Below the pieces are notes generated by a model, which saw nothing but the letters and a program-made list of their open reading frames with translations, was not told the DNA's origin and did not search any database. A program made the translations under genes and the position numbers. Shown here in pieces: positions 12,813-26,000 of a DNA stretch of 64,000 nt. The number at the start of each line of letters is the position of its first letter. Position 1 is the stretch's first letter. This DNA is from Phoronis australis (Eukaryota; Animalia; Phoronida): positions 485,974-549,973 of the forward strand of contig NMRA01000290.1 in assembly GCA_002633005.1 (NCBI GenBank), given 5' to 3'.

Positions 12813-13224
12813 ATTTGTAGTTAGTCAGATAAAAAAACAGACCATATAAAATTATCGCTGTTGTATGCCTTGGGGGAGGGGGAAAAGAGTGTGCTTCGTA
12901 CGCTAGTGAAAATGGCAATAATTGTGAGCCTTCTCTTACCTAACTCCATGGGTTATAATGCGATTCAGCCCAGCTTACCAATAGCCTGTCTGGTGTCAGC
13001 TTTGAACTGTAGCAAGCAGTCATAATTTTGGTGAAGGTGGTTCGATTTTAATGATCAAAATACTATTGCTGACGGTTTGAGTTAGTTATTCTTTTTGTCA
13101 AAAATTCTGAGTTGAAAATATCACAATCAATAAAATATTTTGCACAGGAACATATCTAATATCAATAAGTTATGCACACGCATTTTGGTTTAATTTTATG
13201 GCTAATAACTGGCCTCACTAAGGG

Positions 13225-13455
13225 TACCCAACTTGAGGGCAAAATGTAGACACTAATGTAAAAAGCTAAAATTGCCACAAGGGGGCAGAGCGGTGGTTGA
13301 ATCTGTCTGAAAATGCACTCACGCTGTCCCATTCATGATAGGATCACGTCTGCAAAATTCCACGAACATTCAACAAGAGGTTTTGGAGATACAGCAACGG
13401 ACACCGGACATCAGATGGATAGACAGAAATGACTGAATAATGGGCCCACATATAC
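13225..13455 (+). repeat. Fragment of the Helentron/HINE-like family (one monomer plus 3' microsatellite end)
   Basis: aaaattgccacaagggggcag monomer followed by a ggacaccggaca..gatagacag microsatellite and cccacatata, matching 28480-28660. Confidence 0.55.
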
Positions 13456-13948
13456 ATGCACGCAAGTGTAAATGCCTGTACAAATAAATACAATGTTTTC
13501 AAGTGAAACACATCTAACATCCACAAAATGAAAAACCTGCTGCAAATAAATAATGAGAATAATCATAACGGGAATTTTGGAAATAAGCCCATCCAAAAAA
13601 GGTGTATGTGCACAATGATTATCCATTGGCGCAGACTTTCAATACAACTTTTGGTGATAGACTTGCAACATTTTGATGGTTTCTGTGTTTTCCCCACATA
13701 TGGGAAAACGAAAATGAGGCTTAATGAGTAACACGAGTCTTCCAAGTCTGATCAAGTGCACATTCACGATCATGATATCTTGATAAACCTGTAGCCTTGC
13801 AATACAGCAACTGTGAGTTACTACAGAGAATGAATAAACCATAGCTTGATTTACAACAATTTTAAAACCTCAAAAAAGAACCCAAAACCCTGGAAAATTT
13901 TTAACATTTTCACTGTCTTCTAAAAATTTTTATGTCTCCTGCCTGTGT

Positions 13949-14049
13949 CTAAGAATTCTTTTTCACACCATCTGCAATACAGTTATTACCAGAGTTCTTG
14001 AAGATCCTGACAAAGTTCTTTTGACTGGCTGCATGGCTTTTAAACTCAT
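13949..14049 (-). CDS. LPCAT2: LPCAT terminal exon (DEFKSHA...GVKKNS*)
   Basis: ttttctag acceptor, TAG stop, di-lysine KKxx ER-retrieval tail. Confidence 0.85.
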
Positions 14050-17000
14050 CTAGAAAATGAACAAAGGTCAGTACTGTAAGAAATCACTAAACAACAATGG
14101 CATTCCGACTGTTTGCGTCAAAGGCAAGAGAGGTTACACAGACTCTGAAAGATCATGTGGAATGAAATAAAATGTGACAAAATGCAGGTAAAAGCAAGTT
14201 ACCATGCTAAGGTGTGCTATTAAAAGGATAAATCCAACATTTTCAGCGCTGTAGAAAGGACTCTGCTTAATGTTATACCCTCGGTTTCAATGTAAATTAT
14301 GATAATAAGCGGCATATTCCATTAAGCAGGTACTGAGTTGGCAATGATCATAACCACTCTACTAAGCTGATCGTGCTAAGAGGAGAGTCGGAGTGTTTGA
14401 CAGCTAAACAGGAAAACACCCATCCGATATTTTAAAGCAGGTGCTGAGCTCCCATAAGACAGCTGAATTAAGATGAATTAGGTTGGTTCTTGGGTAGAAC
14501 AGCGAAGGTAAGTAGTCAATAAGCGAATGAGAATCAATTTTGCAGATTTCTAATGACACTATCTGAGAACATGACAGTAATTCAGGACAAAATGGCAATT
14601 ATTTTGGATGGCTTTAATTAGAAATTAGTATTTTTTCAACATATCATTACAATAACCGGGATATTCTATTATCCGGTACGACATTAAGTAGGCTCTATTA
14701 TATTAGTTTTAAATTGTCATCAGGCATATTTTAATAATTTACTTTTCCTCGACATCTAATAACCATGGATGCAAAGTTAATGAAGTGAGGTAATTGGTGT
14801 TCTGTTTCATTTCTAGGGTCCATTTCACTGAGCAAACAATGCACGGCTCATAGTCAATCAGCCATAGTGCTTGCTTATTGAAATAATACACAGAAACTTT
14901 TAATGTTATCCGTGGCAAATAATGTACATGTACACTCTACTGTTTATTGTTTCACGTGACTAGTAAATACTTATGTTAGAACATAATAAACATTATGAAG
15001 AATAAAAACTATGAACTCAAGAAACATGGCAGACCAGCTATGTCAATAAAAAAGATGATAAAAATAACCAATGGGTTGTAGTTATAACTACAACAAATAA
15101 TTGGTGTGTCAAAGATGTATTTGTAGTGAAAGCAACACCAGAAACGTTTTTCCTTTAATAATGGCTGCACAGGCACCTTACCATAGCCAACTGTAGAAAT
15201 GTCAGACTTCCCCATCTCAGACCACAGTTTATCTATATCTCCAGCCTCCAGGCCATACACCTCTTGTAGTAGATAAGTGAGATCAGATACTTTTATGCTG
15301 TGCACTTCATCACTCAACAGCTGAAAACGAGATAAATTTCCTTGTCACAGAATCTGCGTCCTTTAATATTTGAACAGAGTAAAACACTATTATTAAACAA
15401 GATTGCTCGTGCACATCCCGGGTTTACAACTGTTACGACTATTGTGTTGGACACACACACGTTTCAATGACAAGTCAACTGCACAGTGATTGACTATAGG
15501 CATTTGATAGCGAGAGAGAGAGAGAGAGAGAGCATTTGCCAAAGAGGGAGGGAGGGGAGGNATGGAAGAGAGGCAGGGAGGAATGGAGAGAGAAAAAGAG
15601 GGAGAATGACTACAAAACATCTAAAACACATCATCAGGCCGATAATGTTAAGTGTGCTTGAAAGTTTACCTTGAACACAAGTTGAAGAGTGACCTCTGGT
15701 GAATCAACATTACATATCACAGAGAGTCCAATGACATAGTCTAGAAAATCCACACTATCAGATTTGTTCTGAAATAGGTTATACAATCAAAGCTGAAATT
15801 AGTACAGTCACAGTAGCACTTAGAACATTTAACGGACTACTTGTTCATTCCTGATTTTAAAAAAAAAATGTTTATGACAAATAGCGTTTCCAGATGATGC
15901 TGTAAGCATAAAACAAAAGAAAGGGATTCATAGACCTATGATCCAACAATTTCATTATGAAAATCAGACATGAGAGGCCTCAACATTGATAAACTTGTAT
16001 TCAAAACAGAACTCACTCTTATAGTCCCTTTGATTTCAAAGAGAATACCACGAGAGATCGGCAGTAAAAATTCTTTGGTTCAGATAGGGCACAAAATGAA
16101 GATTGAAGTGGAATTTTCTTTTGACAAAATTGTCATTACAAATTAATAAGTCTTAGAGTAGTTTGGTAGCAATCCCTTGGTGCAAAGAAATGAACATTAA
16201 GAAATTTAAACTGTTGGTAAAATAGTTTCTACTGCACACATGTAACTTATCAACAATTTGCAAAAAATGAGCAAGTGCAGCAAAGTAATAAGCTTTAAAC
16301 AAATAAAGAACACAAATTTTAGCAACTCATTTTATACAAAATGTAACCAGAACTATTGAAACATTTGTTTCACAGAATGATATAAACATGCAGCTGGCTT
16401 TACGTAAAATGAGAATCTCACGCGGTCAAACATGCGAAAAAGCTTTTCCAAGTCATCAGACACTGATCTATTCAATTTTTGAGCAAATTCTTGCAGCGTC
16501 ATTGTGCGAGGTATCAGCTGGCAGACAAGCGTAGACAGCAGCTCTTTGGAACCCTTCACGTTATACCTGAAATATGGCATTTTACTCTCACAGTGAATGC
16601 ATCACTTATGGGTTTCCAAACTTATCGGAAAAGTGGGACAAAATCCCCATCTTGTTGCATGAACTCGCCTAAGCTTAAGATGCAGAATACCAGCATGAGG
16701 CCTTACAAACGTCCACTAAATTCCTTCTATACAGTAACAGGTTAGCAACATGACAATAAGGGAAGTCAGACAAAAATTCACATTGCTTCTTATCTAACAA
16801 AGTGTCCATTACACGGCAGTGACCACCGAATGATAAGTATTGCACCCATGGTCATATAAAAACCTGATGAACACATCTTTGCCAATTTTCCATGTCACAA
16901 ACCATGACGGCGTTTTCCCGTTCAATGACTTTACCAGATGTAGAGGGTGGTGAGCATGTGATAACATCTAGCTTCTTTGTTAACTGCCAAGCACAGTCAT

Positions 17001-20000
17001 TTGTCTGGTACGGTAAGAGGCAGGCCGATTATCTACCAGGCTTATTACAGACCAGGTGTGAACACAGTCAAACCCAGAGTGAATTGGTATACGTTTGGAA
17101 AGAATAGATTGTCGTAACTTCGCTTGTACTTGGGCGATTTTGGCGATTCAAAAACTAAACATGATCACCATTTGAAGAGGATTTCAGAAATGCTATTGGT
17201 TTATGTTCAAATATGTTATAACCGAACTTTTATTTTTAACAGCACAGCCCAGTCAGGCTAGATACGATCTTACTGGAGATTAGAGCAATTATCGAACAAA
17301 AGTGAGCTGGCACTCCAACCATAAATACCAGAATGGAGTTAAGATATTGGCTACAGGGATCATCTTCCCAACTTGTTGTTGGGCTATAGAATCGAACAAG
17401 TTGGGAGCAACGGGAAAACGACGTAATGCACTAACTTTTGAAGGAGTGGCTCCAACAGAGCGTGAATTCCCCTTGAAAAGTTAGGATGACTTTTTCCCAA
17501 AGAAACATGATAAAATTGGATTTGGTTTATTGACACGCTTAGAATGACTGGCCTGTGAGTTGTGACAAGCGACAAAAGACTGCGCAAAAGCTTTTAAAAC
17601 ACTGTTATAATAATGGACTAGATTGATATCTGGATTCTGAAACCCGTGGTCTGGCATTGAAATCAAAGGAGAGATATTTATGATTTGACGCATGTAAACT
17701 ATAGAAGATGGCTCCAATGAAGAATATTCTTTCTGGTTTTTGCCTTATTACATAGGGAAAAACTTCTTTCTTCCAGACAGAAATTTTATCCATGGATACC
17801 TTAGCACAGTAAACAAGTTACCCACCAGCTGATATATTTAGTATTAAAGAAGACACATATTGAACTGATGGATATCTCATCTTGGACGTAATTTTGATAA
17901 GTTGCAAAGAAATAAAAAGTTTACTTCATTTTAGTTACGGCAACTCTCCCCTTATTTCGTACAAAAAATTGCTGAAATTGTTAATTTTTCCCTTTTCAAG
18001 GCTGATTACTTAAATACAAATAACGGAAACTTTACCACACGCTTTACGGCATCTACACACTACCATGCTAGTACTAGACTAAATTTTTCTTAATCTTTAA
18101 TCTTGCGAAGAAATTTTACAAAATAGGATTTCACCTGTCAGCCATATTGTGCGCTCAGAATTCCTGCATCTTCCTGAATTTTCCATAGATAGAAGTACCA
18201 GCAGATTCACCTTCTTTTTACAGTATACATTGTGAGTATTTTTGGTCTAGTATATTGATTAACAGACTATTTGGACACATGTACAAACTGGAATGATCTT
18301 TGGAAGGTGTGGCGGCTAGATCTCGGTGCTTAGAAAACTAGGACGAACCATGTGGTGTGATATTGCTGATGAATGACGACTTACCCCAACTTCTTTTGAA
18401 GTATCTGTAACTCCACCAGTCCATGGGCAATTGGTGGGTAATACTGCAGGGAGGTCACTTTCAGTTTACATTCCTCTAATGTTGCATCTGTGCACGGCAC
18501 TCCAAGGAACCTGTAATGACCAGACATCATGACGGAAGAGATAAAACACTAAGTGAACGCACCTTATCGGAACAAACTAATGACTTGAGTAATACGCGAC
18601 ATCATGGAGTTTTACAAAATGTAATAAATATTCTACTATAATGCAATGCAAGTACATGGTGACATGAACCCGTTTCTTCTAAGAAGTAAGCCATAAACAG
18701 CTGCAGTACCGAGATGAAGGTTCAGGGGTGTGCTCCATAGAGCAAGCTTCATGCAAAATCATGTATTAAAGTGAAAGGTGAGTGTTTTGCAAGTAGGCTC
18801 GGGCCTTAGTAGCACTGACGAGGAAAATGGCCACGAGGCTGGAATGTTGAATTAAATGAAAATCCATGTTATACTTTCCATTCAATAAACAAAGTTTTCT
18901 CACCCCAAGTGTTTTGTCGTGCGTTACCAAATGCAGCCCTGTTCTGCGCACAAATCATTTTGAACATACTGCTTTAAAATGGAAAAATTTCCATCCCACA
19001 ACTGAGCTGGTTTCATCTTTCCTTCTCTTAAATGATGCATCACTACATGAAATTTAAATGTACTATCCAAATCGCCAATGAGTGACTCCCTCTAGGGTTT
19101 GATCACAAAACTAGTATATTCTGCTATACTTAGTTAACCACTATAAAATATTGTTTTTAATGCCTGAAGAAACAACTCCTCAATTTCAACTTGCTTTTTT
19201 CAATATTCAGTGACAGATTTGTCAGTCCTTTCTAAGGACAGAAAGGGCTTATAATCTGAGGTCAATTCAACTGCACTATGCGGTGGTCTAATTCATAAGT
19301 TAATATTTCAACATAAAAATTTCTGAGAACAAGTGCACTGAAATGGGTTTTAAAACGGTCTGACCCAGAACCAACTACCATGATTATTTGTTGGCCTTAT
19401 GCTAAACAAATATTCTCCCTATACATCAAATAAAACGTAAAAATTGAAAAAAAAAAATAAGATCAGTTGCGCCTCTTACTTTGCCATGGTGCTTCTAACA
19501 TTCCTTGCAAACAGCTTGGAGTCGGCCTTTTCTGCTTCACATGGATAATAGACTGGCAGGTATATGATTTCACACCCGTTGTGAAACTGACAAAGGGTTA
19601 ACCACAAGAGATAAAGGCTGAAAAACAGTTTTGCACTCTATGAAAAATAAAAGGCGTCACAAAACAAAATATCAGAAGCTCACAGAGGGAAAGTGATCAA
19701 TTTGATGGTTCGAAAGACCTTTGCGGAAATTTTGCACGGCAAACATGAATTGCTAATTAAGAAAACATACCATTTAAAATGTCTTTTTGAGTATGACAAG
19801 GTAATACTGAGAACATGTTAGGGGAAAGCCAAAGATTTGTTACAAACCATTTTTTATGGTTTAAAGTTATTATTTAAAAGTACAGATTCATTCTGAAAAA
19901 AAGATCACCTTTACGATAAAACTTTTCAAGAAAAAATAGCAGCTAATTTTCAAAACTTCAAAATATTACTCTACTATGATTGCAAATCCTCAAAATTTTT

Positions 20001-23000
20001 CCAACTGCTGTTTGGTACAAATCACGCTGTTGTGTTCTAAGCTGAAGTTTTAGGGTACATGAAATTTTATTTTTACACCAAATTGTTGTGTATTTATCTA
20101 TTCCTTATCTGACTGAAAACAAGATAAAATGTTTTTGAATTTTGACTTACGCACTGGGACCATCCCAAGTCCATGCAAGAGTTTTCTGCAAGACAAAAAC
20201 AAAATAACCGTAATGGCAGGTCGTGCTGCCAGATTCAGGGTAACATTTTTAGAAAAAAATAGGCTTCGGGTCCATATTTTGCCAAACAAACACCCAATCA
20301 AACAAAGGAGCAAATATTTAGCCACTGATCCTGTGTGAACAATTTCATAACTCCCCATAGTTAAGTTTGTGAAGGTGACAAGTTGGTGGAACCAGTAATA
20401 ACAAATGGGAAAACTGGAACATGAACAAGATGATGTCACAAAGGCAAATAATAATCTTCCCAGGAACAAATCTTTTTTGTTGTGAAATGTAAATCTTTAT
20501 ACGAGATACGATCTATCGGTGGTAATAACTAACACAAAGGTGGTAGGTTTGCTCCGTCCAACACTTGGAAAGGTACTATAGACCATATCTCGCAAGAACA
20601 CAGCGGGAAGCTCCACCTTTCTCATCATACCAATCATCATTCCTCAAGAAGGGGACGGGATGCTTCCAAAAGCTTAAGGATTTGAAGTACCATAGTGCAA
20701 CTGAACAGATTTAATTTCTTTGATTAACTCTTGTTTTGGTTACGTTTTCAAAGTAGTGTTTATCAACTTTGTTACGTGACTTTATATTCCCCATGGAAGC
20801 TTACCAAGGAGTTAGTGAAGCGGATGCAGGCTGGTTGGACAGGTAGACCAGGTGCAAAGCCACCTGGAACAGACAGGTAACACAGGTATAACACAGAGAA
20901 AAAACAGCTTAAAAAGCTCACACTGTACCAACAATAGTTTATAACTCTATGGAACCAGCCTGACAGTAGCCATAATTATAAAAAAATAATTGAGGTGGTC
21001 TGATACACGTTGTATCAGACGTGCGCAGGCCTCGCATGTGGGCCCATTGCACTGATCACCTGGAAATATTTTTATGCTTTATTGATATATGGTTAAAACC
21101 GAGCTGAGGAGCTAGAAACCCGGCTCAAGGGTTTAGCAGTGTGACCTGGTGGGACATAATTACTTTTGGCATGTAAAATTGACATGCCAATCAAATTATT
21201 AAGCATGGACTCGTGTAGTAACAACCTGTGAGTTCTCTCCAAGACCAGAAACTGCTTCCAAGAGAACAACTTGAGATCAGTTCTATAACAGTAAGCGAGG
21301 TTTATTACACCCTTAAAAGCTTAGACCCTGACTTTTCCTTCTATGCTTTATAGCTTGTAATGGGATAAAGAGTACATTGCACCACTTCACTGCTTTTATT
21401 GTCCCCCCAAAAACCTAAAATCAGAAAAATTGCAGGCATTAGACACAGACTATGCTGAAGACAATCTCATAGACAAGTTGGGTTGATTAATGCTTGCTAT
21501 TGCTTGGCTTATGCAGGGTCTTTAGGTTACCAAGAGAAGGAAATGAATGTATTGTATTGGTTGTTGTAATAGCGGCCACAGACACACACATCATACAACT
21601 GAAGTTATTGTCTGTACACAACGCCTTCTAGTGAGCTGTCGCTGAGGTTTGTCTATCATATATTTGACTTTTCAAATTATAATAATATAAGGATTTTTAA
21701 ACTTGGTCATTTCCCAATTTCCTGAAGGCAGCTCTATGCTTATTATTCATCTTAGTTGGCTTTTTGTCGACAGTAACATCTAACAGGTTACTCTAGTCAA
21801 CCTGACTCAGATACAATGCAAAAAGAAATGTGTCATTAAACTTGAATGACAACAGCTACCAAGACAGAGTACATCATGGAGTTATTCTTGAGAGATACTG
21901 GGATTTTCCATAGATAAGCCAACCCAATAAAACGCCCATGGGCACTTATTCGGAAAATTATGCTGAATAAACGCCCATGGCCGTTTATTTGGTGTAACAA
22001 CTTGGGCGTTTATTCCGGCGGAAAATTTCTCTTAAAAGCCTACTAAGTGTCAACTTATAGTCACAAATTCAGTTTTGAGGAGCACTTATCATTTATAAAA
22101 ACAAACAAAGTGCTGTCGAGCTATGCATTTATTAACACAGAATTTAAAAACACATTTTCAAGTAAAAAATGGCAAAGTCATGAAATCTATGACTTTCCGT
22201 TTACACGCCTTCTTTTCCGAATAAACACCCGGGCGTTTATTTGGTGTTATTACGTCTGAAATTTTTTATTTCCAAATACATGCCCACAGGCTTATCTACG
22301 GAAAATCTGGTACTAATGCCTGTTAGCATTTGGCTGCTGCAACACAACAACATTGGAATAATTTAAAGGGAAATGTTACCCTTTTTAACGTGTTTTCGGT
22401 CAATATGACATGTCTTGCATACTCTGTTTTTTTAAACCTTTCTGCCCATTTTAGTAAAAATACAATTAATAAAATATAATTATTCATATCGAAATTGTGA
22501 TGCATTAAGCAAACTGAAATGCTTTCACATTTATTAGTTTTACTTCCTGTTTCAGGCATCACTGCTCAAGTGAAATAATCCATCCTTATATATCAAAGGT
22601 GTGACTGAAAATCGGCAGGCCACTGGGCCACTGAGCACAGTCATGGCAAAAAAGTGAGAGAGTACAGCTTCGTCATCCCAGCCGGCATTTCCACGAACTT
22701 GCTCACTGTGTCATACTTCTAGTTTGAAGAACTGTAAGTCTAGACTCAAAAGATTCAAAGTAAATTATACAGTATACCCAGTAAGTAAAATATGCCAAAT
22801 TGACCGAAACACCTTCAAAACAAGGAAAACATTCCCCCCTTTAAACCCTTCACACCATGGTCATAAATGCTTGAATTCGGTTACCATCAATTTTGGTATG
22901 ATATTTTACGTATTTCTTTTTTCAATTTGTGTACTTTTAATCAAGAAAAAAACCCAAAAATTAAAAAATTAAAATTTTGGTGTGATGTCACCAGTTGATC

Positions 23001-26000
23001 CAGTCTCCGCCGTTATGCTGTTCTATACCAGTCGCGAGCCATAGTCCAAAACAGAGTTTGACCGAGTATTACGAAAAGTTGCATGTGCAGAGGATGCAGT
23101 AACAGCAATCGGACAGACAACAATCAGTTTTTGCATTTCCAAAAGACAGTAAGATCGCCCCAAAATGGCACAGGTTAGTGCGTCAGACACGGGTATGGCA
23201 GTACATGGTGGAGCAAGCGATTCATTCTGGAGACACGGTGTGCTCAGTGCATTTTGAAGAATCGTGCTTCGATCCGTCGCAGAAATGGAGATTTGATGGA
23301 GGTTGCTCCATCGAGTAAGGGCATTTGATGGAGAAAAAGTGTATTGCATAGTACCACTGCTGGGAATGTAGTTGCCACGCACATACAGAGTATGAGCCTC
23401 AGTATCAAATTGTGACCAAGATGATAAATGTGATTGCAGTAAGTTTTCATCAGTCTATTCTTGTTCAAGATTTTGTGGAAATGCATGCTATCCACATATA
23501 TGTCAATGCCCAATAATAGAAAATGGTATATAGATGCCACGCAAATAGTCATGACTGCAGCCGGCACAGAGGCTACTGGACCAAAATAACCAATGAATCA
23601 CAACGGTACAAAGCCTTCATAATTTCGGAACCGACAAGACAGAAACAAGTATCAGTTATCAGAAATAAAATCCACTTAGCATCACTATAAGATATGATCA
23701 TTCCTGACAAACACATTCAAAGTAATGAAATCAGTGTCCGCTAATCACGACTGGGCTTTGACAGTCAGGTTAAAAATTTGAATGAGATTTACAGTTCGAG
23801 ATACATATTACTCGACACTAAAATGGTCAGAAAATTAAATTGTGATTCAATAAAAGGCTTTAATTACCACTCTGAAATCAGGACAGTCTGCAGACTGAGT
23901 ACGCTCAGACTTGGCTTCACTCGCCGGAGATGCCGGTGCGGGAGGGTCGAGTTTGTACGGCCTCAAACACGCAAAGTATGCCCATACGGCTAAGTCTAAT
24001 TCATTATCTGTTTCACCTATGGCCAGAGTTTTGTCTTAACCCCATCTCCATACCTGTCTTCATAGTACTTGTCAAGCTCGCTCTCTAAGTCTTCGTAACT
24101 TACAAAATCACTACTATTCGCCATTGCATAATATATACTGTCAACTGTTCAACGTCTTCCACTCAATTATTTCCCGAACTAAGTGCTTGTTTAGCTAGAC
24201 TTTGTGTTATTAAATCCTTATGCATGGTCCAAAACCTCAAAAAATCCACTGAAGGAATGCTTTAAAGTGACATTATCAGTTGGAAAATCGGCCCCTGCGC
24301 CGAGCCTGCAGTCCTCGCAGTTGAAGTCAAGTGCTTAGATGACTGACCTAAATCCCACTCAGTAAAATGGCAGTCAGAGTATTTTAACTGTATTTAACTG
24401 GTCACCGACCTTGATGACAAGAATTTGCAGTTTGTAATCTATTCACAAAAACACAAACAACAGTATTATTTTACAACTCTGGCCAGATTTTATAATTTCA
24501 AAAAGTTCCATTCAACAATAATCCTATAATAAATAAATGTTCCTTAGTTTAATTATGTTATTCTTTTCTCAAGGAGTCAAGACACAGACCTTGCTTGAAG
24601 CACATCAAACAGCTGCCATTGCTGGTGGTGCCCTCTGGGAAGATGAGGATCTGCGGCCAATCTCCAAGGGCTCGTCGCTCAATCTCTTTTATAGTGTGCT
24701 GTCTGGAGTTAGGGTCTTCCCTTCTAACATACAGGGGTTCTGTCAGTCTTGTCAGCACTGCAAGTACAGCGATGAGAAGGAATCTAAGCTTTCTACTACT
24801 TCTTCGAACTTGAAATTGTTTTTGGCACTTTCCATTCTACTGTGCTCGAGAACACTTGATGATCTCTAGACTCGAGTCAAAAACTCAAGAAAAAAATTAC
24901 AATTTCAAGTAAAAGCTCATGACAAGCTTTTAGCAAAAATTAAGTAAAACAATTCCAAGTTCGATCTTGAGTAAAAAGATTAGACCTCGGGTGAATGCTT
25001 TTGGTGGGCTAGAAATCTACAACTTTAAATTAAGATAAAATTCTGAGGCACTGCAACGCACCAAACATATTGATCTTTAACTGGACCATAGTACAAGAAG
25101 TGGTAATTTGCCTCGCTTCATAACCAGCACAATTGTTCTGACAACATCAAAATCAAAACATAATAGGGCCTCCACAACTTAACAGCCATACTGGTTGCCA
25201 TGCCACAAGGTTGGTGACTGGGGGGGGGGGCAAAAGTTTGAGAGCTTAAACTACCAAACTGTCCCTAATTGTCTCTACCACTCATGAAGCTTCAGGTACC
25301 CAAAAATATAGATCTGCTCCTGATTGTGGCAACCTGGACAAACAGAGTTTAACCCTTATCATGCGCTAGGCGAGGTCAGCCGACAAGCCTATTATCCTAT
25401 TAAAATGCGTCGGGTGTACTCAATCGCCTAAAATAAGCTACGGCTAGGCTGCGCAAGGAGAGTGTACTCACCCCAGGACACTGGTGTTTTTCATTCNCAA
25501 GTAAAAGCTTATGACAAGCTTTTAGCACAAATTAAGTAAAACAATTCCAAGTTCGATCTTGAGTAAAAAGATTAGACCTCGGGTGAATGCCTTTGGTGGG
25601 CTAGAAATCTACAACTTTAAATTAAGATAAAAGTCTGAGGCACTGCAACGCACCAAAGATATTGATCTTTAACTGGACCATAGTACAAGAAGTGGTAATT
25701 TGCCTCGCTTCATAACCAGCACAATTGTTTTGACAACATCAAAATCAAAACATAATAGGGCGTCCACAACATAACAGCCATACTGGTTGCGATGCCACAA
25801 GGTTGGTGACTGGGGGGGGGCAAAAGTTTGAGAGCTTAAACTACCAAACTGTCCCCAATTGTCTCTACCGCTCACGAAGCTTCAGGTACCCAAAAATATA
25901 GATCTGCTCCTGATTGTGGCAACCTGGACAAACAGAGTTTAATACAGATCAACATGTCTGTGCTCTCCCAACAGTTTTTGTCTTCATATAGGACTGTAAG

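Noticed and set aside
23023-23382. 119-aa minus-strand ORF in an LPCAT intron
   Set aside because: Non-ATG start, no recognisable motif, and not needed for the phase-consistent LPCAT model.
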